This document shows, in pieces, positions 60,225 to 64,000 of a DNA stretch of 64,000 nt. Source of the DNA: Macrostomum hystrix (taxonomy: Eukaryota > Animalia > Platyhelminthes). The stretch is from NCBI GenBank assembly GCA_950097015.1, contig CATNEN010000038.1, forward strand, positions 11,470,001 through 11,534,000, read 5' to 3'. A program made the position numbers and the translations under genes. The stretch's first letter is position 1; the number at the start of each line of letters is the position of its first letter. The notes beneath the pieces are model-generated. The model had not been told where the DNA came from, did no database searches, and saw only the letters and a list, made by a program, of their open reading frames with translations.

Positions 60225-60532
60225 TGGTGAGTGGCAGAGCTGCCTTTTGCCTCTCGAACCAAGGTCCCTGAGCTCGATTCCACGGCCAGGCCACATTCAT
60301 TTGGGGCGGAGAGAAGGCTTGTCTTGCAATTTACACCCTTGAGGGCCTACCTCCAAGGCACAGTGAGAGTGTACACTGCCTGACGATGAGAAAATCAGGG
60401 GCAGATGTACACACCTGTGTGCGTGTGTGCTCAGGTGTCAGCGGAATGGGCAGAATTGCCTCCTCGCTGGCTGCGGGTCTAGTGTCACCAAATGATGTGC
60501 CATTGCCCGCAGCCCTCCTGCAATTATTATTA
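60225..60532 (+). mobile_element. SINE family B, full length
   Basis: Head TGGTGAGTGGCAGAGC..GAGCTCGATTCC, body and (TTA)n tail. Confidence 0.9.
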
Positions 60533-60574
60533 CACCGGTTAGTACTAAGGTTCTGTTGGAATTTAGGACCAGAT

Positions 60575-63055
60575 GAGGATTTAGGATCTGGTGTGATTGG
60601 ATTTAGGATCTGGTGTGATTGGATTTAGGATCTGGTTTGATTGGATTTAGGATCTGGTGTGATTGGATTTAGGATCTGGTGTGATTTGATTTAGGATCTG
60701 GTTTGATTGGATTTAGAATCTGGTGTGATTGGATTTAGAATCTGGTGTGATTGGATTTAGGATCTGGTGTGATTGGATTTAGGATCTGGTGTGATAGGAT
60801 TTGGGATCTGGTTTGATTGGATTTAGGATCTGGTGTGATTGGATTTAGGATCTGGTTTGATTGGATTTAGGATCTGGTGTGATTGGATTTAGGATCTGGT
60901 GTGATTGGATTTGGGATCTGGTTTGATTGGATTTGGGATCTGGTTTGATTGAATTTAGGATCTGGTGTGATTGGATTTAGGATCTGGTGTGATTGGATTT
61001 GGGATCTGGTTTGATTGTATTTAGAACCTGGTGTGATTGGATTTAGAATCTGGTGTGATTGGATTTAGGATCTGGTGTGATTGGATTTAGGATCTGGTGT
61101 GATTGGATTTAGGATCTGGTGTGATTGGATTTAGGATCTGGTGTGATTGGATTTAGAATCTGGTGTGATTGGATTTAGAATCTGGTGTGATTGGATTTAG
61201 GATCTGGTGTGATTGGATTTAGAATCTGGTGTGATTGGATTTAGAATCTGGTGTGATTGGATTTAGGATCTGGTGTGATTGGATTTGGGATCTGGTGTGA
61301 TTGGATTTGGGATCTGGTTTGATTGAATTTAGGATCTGGTGTGATTGGATTTAGGATCTGGTGTGATTGGATTTGGGATCTGGTTTGATTGGATTTAGAA
61401 CCTGGTGTGATTGGATTTAGAATCTGGTGTGATTGGATTTAGGATCTGGTGTGATTGGATTTAGAATCTGGTGTGATTGGATTTAGAATCTGGTGTGATT
61501 GGATTTAGGATCTGGTGTGATTGGATTTGGGATCTGGTGTGATTGGATTTGGGATCTGGTTTGATTGAATTTAGGATCTGGTGTGATTGGATTTAGGATC
61601 TGGTGTGATTGGATTTGGGATCTGGTTTGATTGTATTTAGAACCTGGTGTGATTGGATTTAGAATCTGGTGTGATTGGATTTAGAATCTGGTGTGATTGG
61701 ATTTAGGATCTGGTGTGATTGGATTTAGAATCTGGTGTGATTGGATTTAGAATCTGGTGTGATTGGATTTAGGATCTGGTGTGATTGGATTTGGGATCTG
61801 GTGTGATTGGATTTGGGATCTGGTTTGATTGAATTTAGGATCTGGTGTGATTGGATTTAGGATCTGGTGTGATTGGATTTAGGATCTGGTGTGATTGGAT
61901 TTGGGATCTGGTTTGATTGGATTTAGAACCTGGTGTGATTGGATTTAGAATCTGGTGTGATTGGATTTAGGATCTGGTGTGATTGGATTTGGGATCTGGT
62001 GTGATTGGATTTAGAATCTGGTTTGATTGAATTTAGGATCTGGTGTGATTGGATTTAGGATCTGGTGTGATTGGATTTGGGATCTGGTTTGATTGGATTT
62101 AGAACCTGGTGTGATTGGATTTGGGATCTGGTTTGATTGGATTTAGAATCTGGTGTGATTGGATTTGGATCGGTGTGATTGGATTTGGGATCTGGTTTGA
62201 TTGGATTTAGGATCTGGTGTGGTTGGATTTAGGATCTGGTGTGATTGGATTTAGGATCTGGTGTGGTTGGATTTAGGATCTGGTGTGATTGGATTTAGAA
62301 TCTGGTGTGATTGGATTTAGAATCAGGTGTGATTGGATTTAGGCTCTGGTGTGATTGGATTTAGGATCTGGTGTGATTGGATTTAGAATCTGGTGTGATT
62401 GGATTTGGGATCTGGTGTGATTGGATTTAGGATCTGGTGTGATTGGATTTAGGATCTGGTTTGATTGGATTTAGAATCTGGTGTGATTGGATTTAGAATC
62501 TGGTGTGATTGGATTTAGGATCTGGTGTGATTGGATTTAGGATCTGGTGTGATTGGATTTAGAATCTGGTGTGATTGGATTTGGGATCTGGTGTGATTGG
62601 ATTTGGGATCTGGTGTGATTGGATTTAGGATCTGGTGTGATTGGATTTAGGATCTGGTTTGATTGGACTTAGAATCTGGTGTGATTGGATTTACAATCTG
62701 GTGTGATTGGATTTGGGATCTGGTTTGATTGGATTTAGAATCTGGTGTGATTGGATTTGGGATCTGGTTTGATTGGATTTAGGATCTGGTGTGATTGGAT
62801 TTAGGATCTGGTGTGATTGGATTTGGGATCTGGTGTGATTGGATTTAGGATCTGGTTTGATTGGATTTAGAATCTGGTGTGATTGGATTTAGAATCTGGT
62901 GTGATTGGATTTGGGATCTGGTTTGATTGGATTTAGAATCTGGTGTGATTGGATTTGGGATCTGGTTTGATTGGATTTAGAATCTGGTGTGATTGAATTC
63001 GGGATCTGGTTTGATTGAATTTAGGATCTAGTGTGATTGGATTTAGGATCTTGTG
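60575..63055. repeat. 22 bp minisatellite (GGATTTAGGATCTGGTGTGATT), ~112 copies
   Basis: Tandem array with recurring variants; degenerate tail to ~63150. Confidence 0.98.
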
Positions 63056-64000
63056 GGATTTTTACTTCGGAGGGATTTAGGATCTGGAGGGGATTCGGGA
63101 TCTGGGGAGATTTGTGATCTGACGGGGATTAAGGAGGATCTTGTGGGATGCGGGATATTTTTTATGTGGCGTCTGTGGTTCGTTGGTGTAGTGACTGCAT
63201 GATTTAGCCAAAAAAGAGAACTAATTATGGTTATAAACTCGCAGCAGATTATAATTGAAACAGCACACACAGATTGGTTTGAGTTTCCAGTGTCCAAGGC
63301 GACGACTGGACTGTGCCTATCAGTTAAGCAAACTTCACAGCGCGGAGTCGCGCGCGGACTGCCCGCAATGTTTGGGCAGTGCAAGCATGCGCAATATCGA
63401 TTTTTTAGCTTAAATTTTAAGTTAGTTCGTTTAATATTGCCAGTTCATTTTCTCTATTTAGTTAAGTACGACCTGCATTTGAGTTGGCAAGTAAGTAATA
63501 CTGTAATACTGTAATACTGTATTTCATTTCTTAGCTAATTCAAATTAGATTTTTTCCGATTTTCAGTAATGTTAAATCGTTCGGAAGTTGACTGAAATTC
63601 ACAGAATCGTTTGGAAAATCATTTACGACACCCTGTTGACAAGGACATTGCTGTGTATAAGCCTCTATAAATCTGTTCTATTGAATCTGTCGTCTGAATT
63701 GCTTAAACAAAAAGTTATTTCCCTGGCAATTCACAAACAGTGTCGTCAACTGCTCGGGCAGCGTGTGACAGAATTTTTTGTTTTTGTCTGGCTAGTTTAT
63801 TTCGTCCTCTAGGTCCTCGATACAATGGCCCTCTGCTCCTGACAATCAAATTGCGCAAAATTTCCCTTAAGACCATAATCTCCCTCGTTTGGGAAAATTA
63901 TGTGCTATATGCGATTATGAGGCGATTATGAAAACTGAGTTTAAGAAATGAAGATCGAATGTACCAGACGACAGCGCTGAGGCTTGGCAAGGCATTAAAA

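Noticed and set aside
60575-63055. Telomere-derived repeat (TTAGG within the unit)
   Set aside because: Only one TTAGG per 22-bp unit and no tandem TTAGGG tract.

Overview
Eukaryotic (animal) genomic DNA with AT-rich introns, GC-rich exons rich in poly-Q/G/A, and about 19 kb (~30%) of mini/microsatellite arrays. The style is consistent with a free-living flatworm such as Macrostomum (inference only). Eight host genes were reconstructed by hand from GT-AG junctions. They are an SLC35A2-like UDP-galactose transporter (-), a voltage-gated Ca2+ channel beta subunit (+), two class-A GPCRs (+), two intronless divergently oriented glycosyltransferase-like paralogs, an Ig-domain membrane protein gene (-) lying between those paralogs, and a 10-exon furin/kexin-type convertase (-). 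Mobile DNA includes the 3' end of an RNase H-bearing non-LTR retrotransposon, two tRNA-derived SINE families (one CORE-like), a hAT MITE inflated by a minisatellite, and two TIR/foldback elements. The most notable observations are: (1) a 951-bp near-identical inverted tract inside the two otherwise diverged glycosyltransferase paralogs (gene conversion or an invertible cassette, in a possibly horizontally acquired family); (2) a hidden stop-containing alternative/recursive exon in the Cav-beta HOOK intron; (3) a 1470-nt in-frame, stop-free heptad-encoding intron in the convertase; (4) inverted SINE pairs bracketing convertase exons; and (5) a MEF2/CRE site cluster. No rRNA, bona fide tRNA or CRISPR array was seen. 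All coordinates and counts were read by eye and no searches were run.
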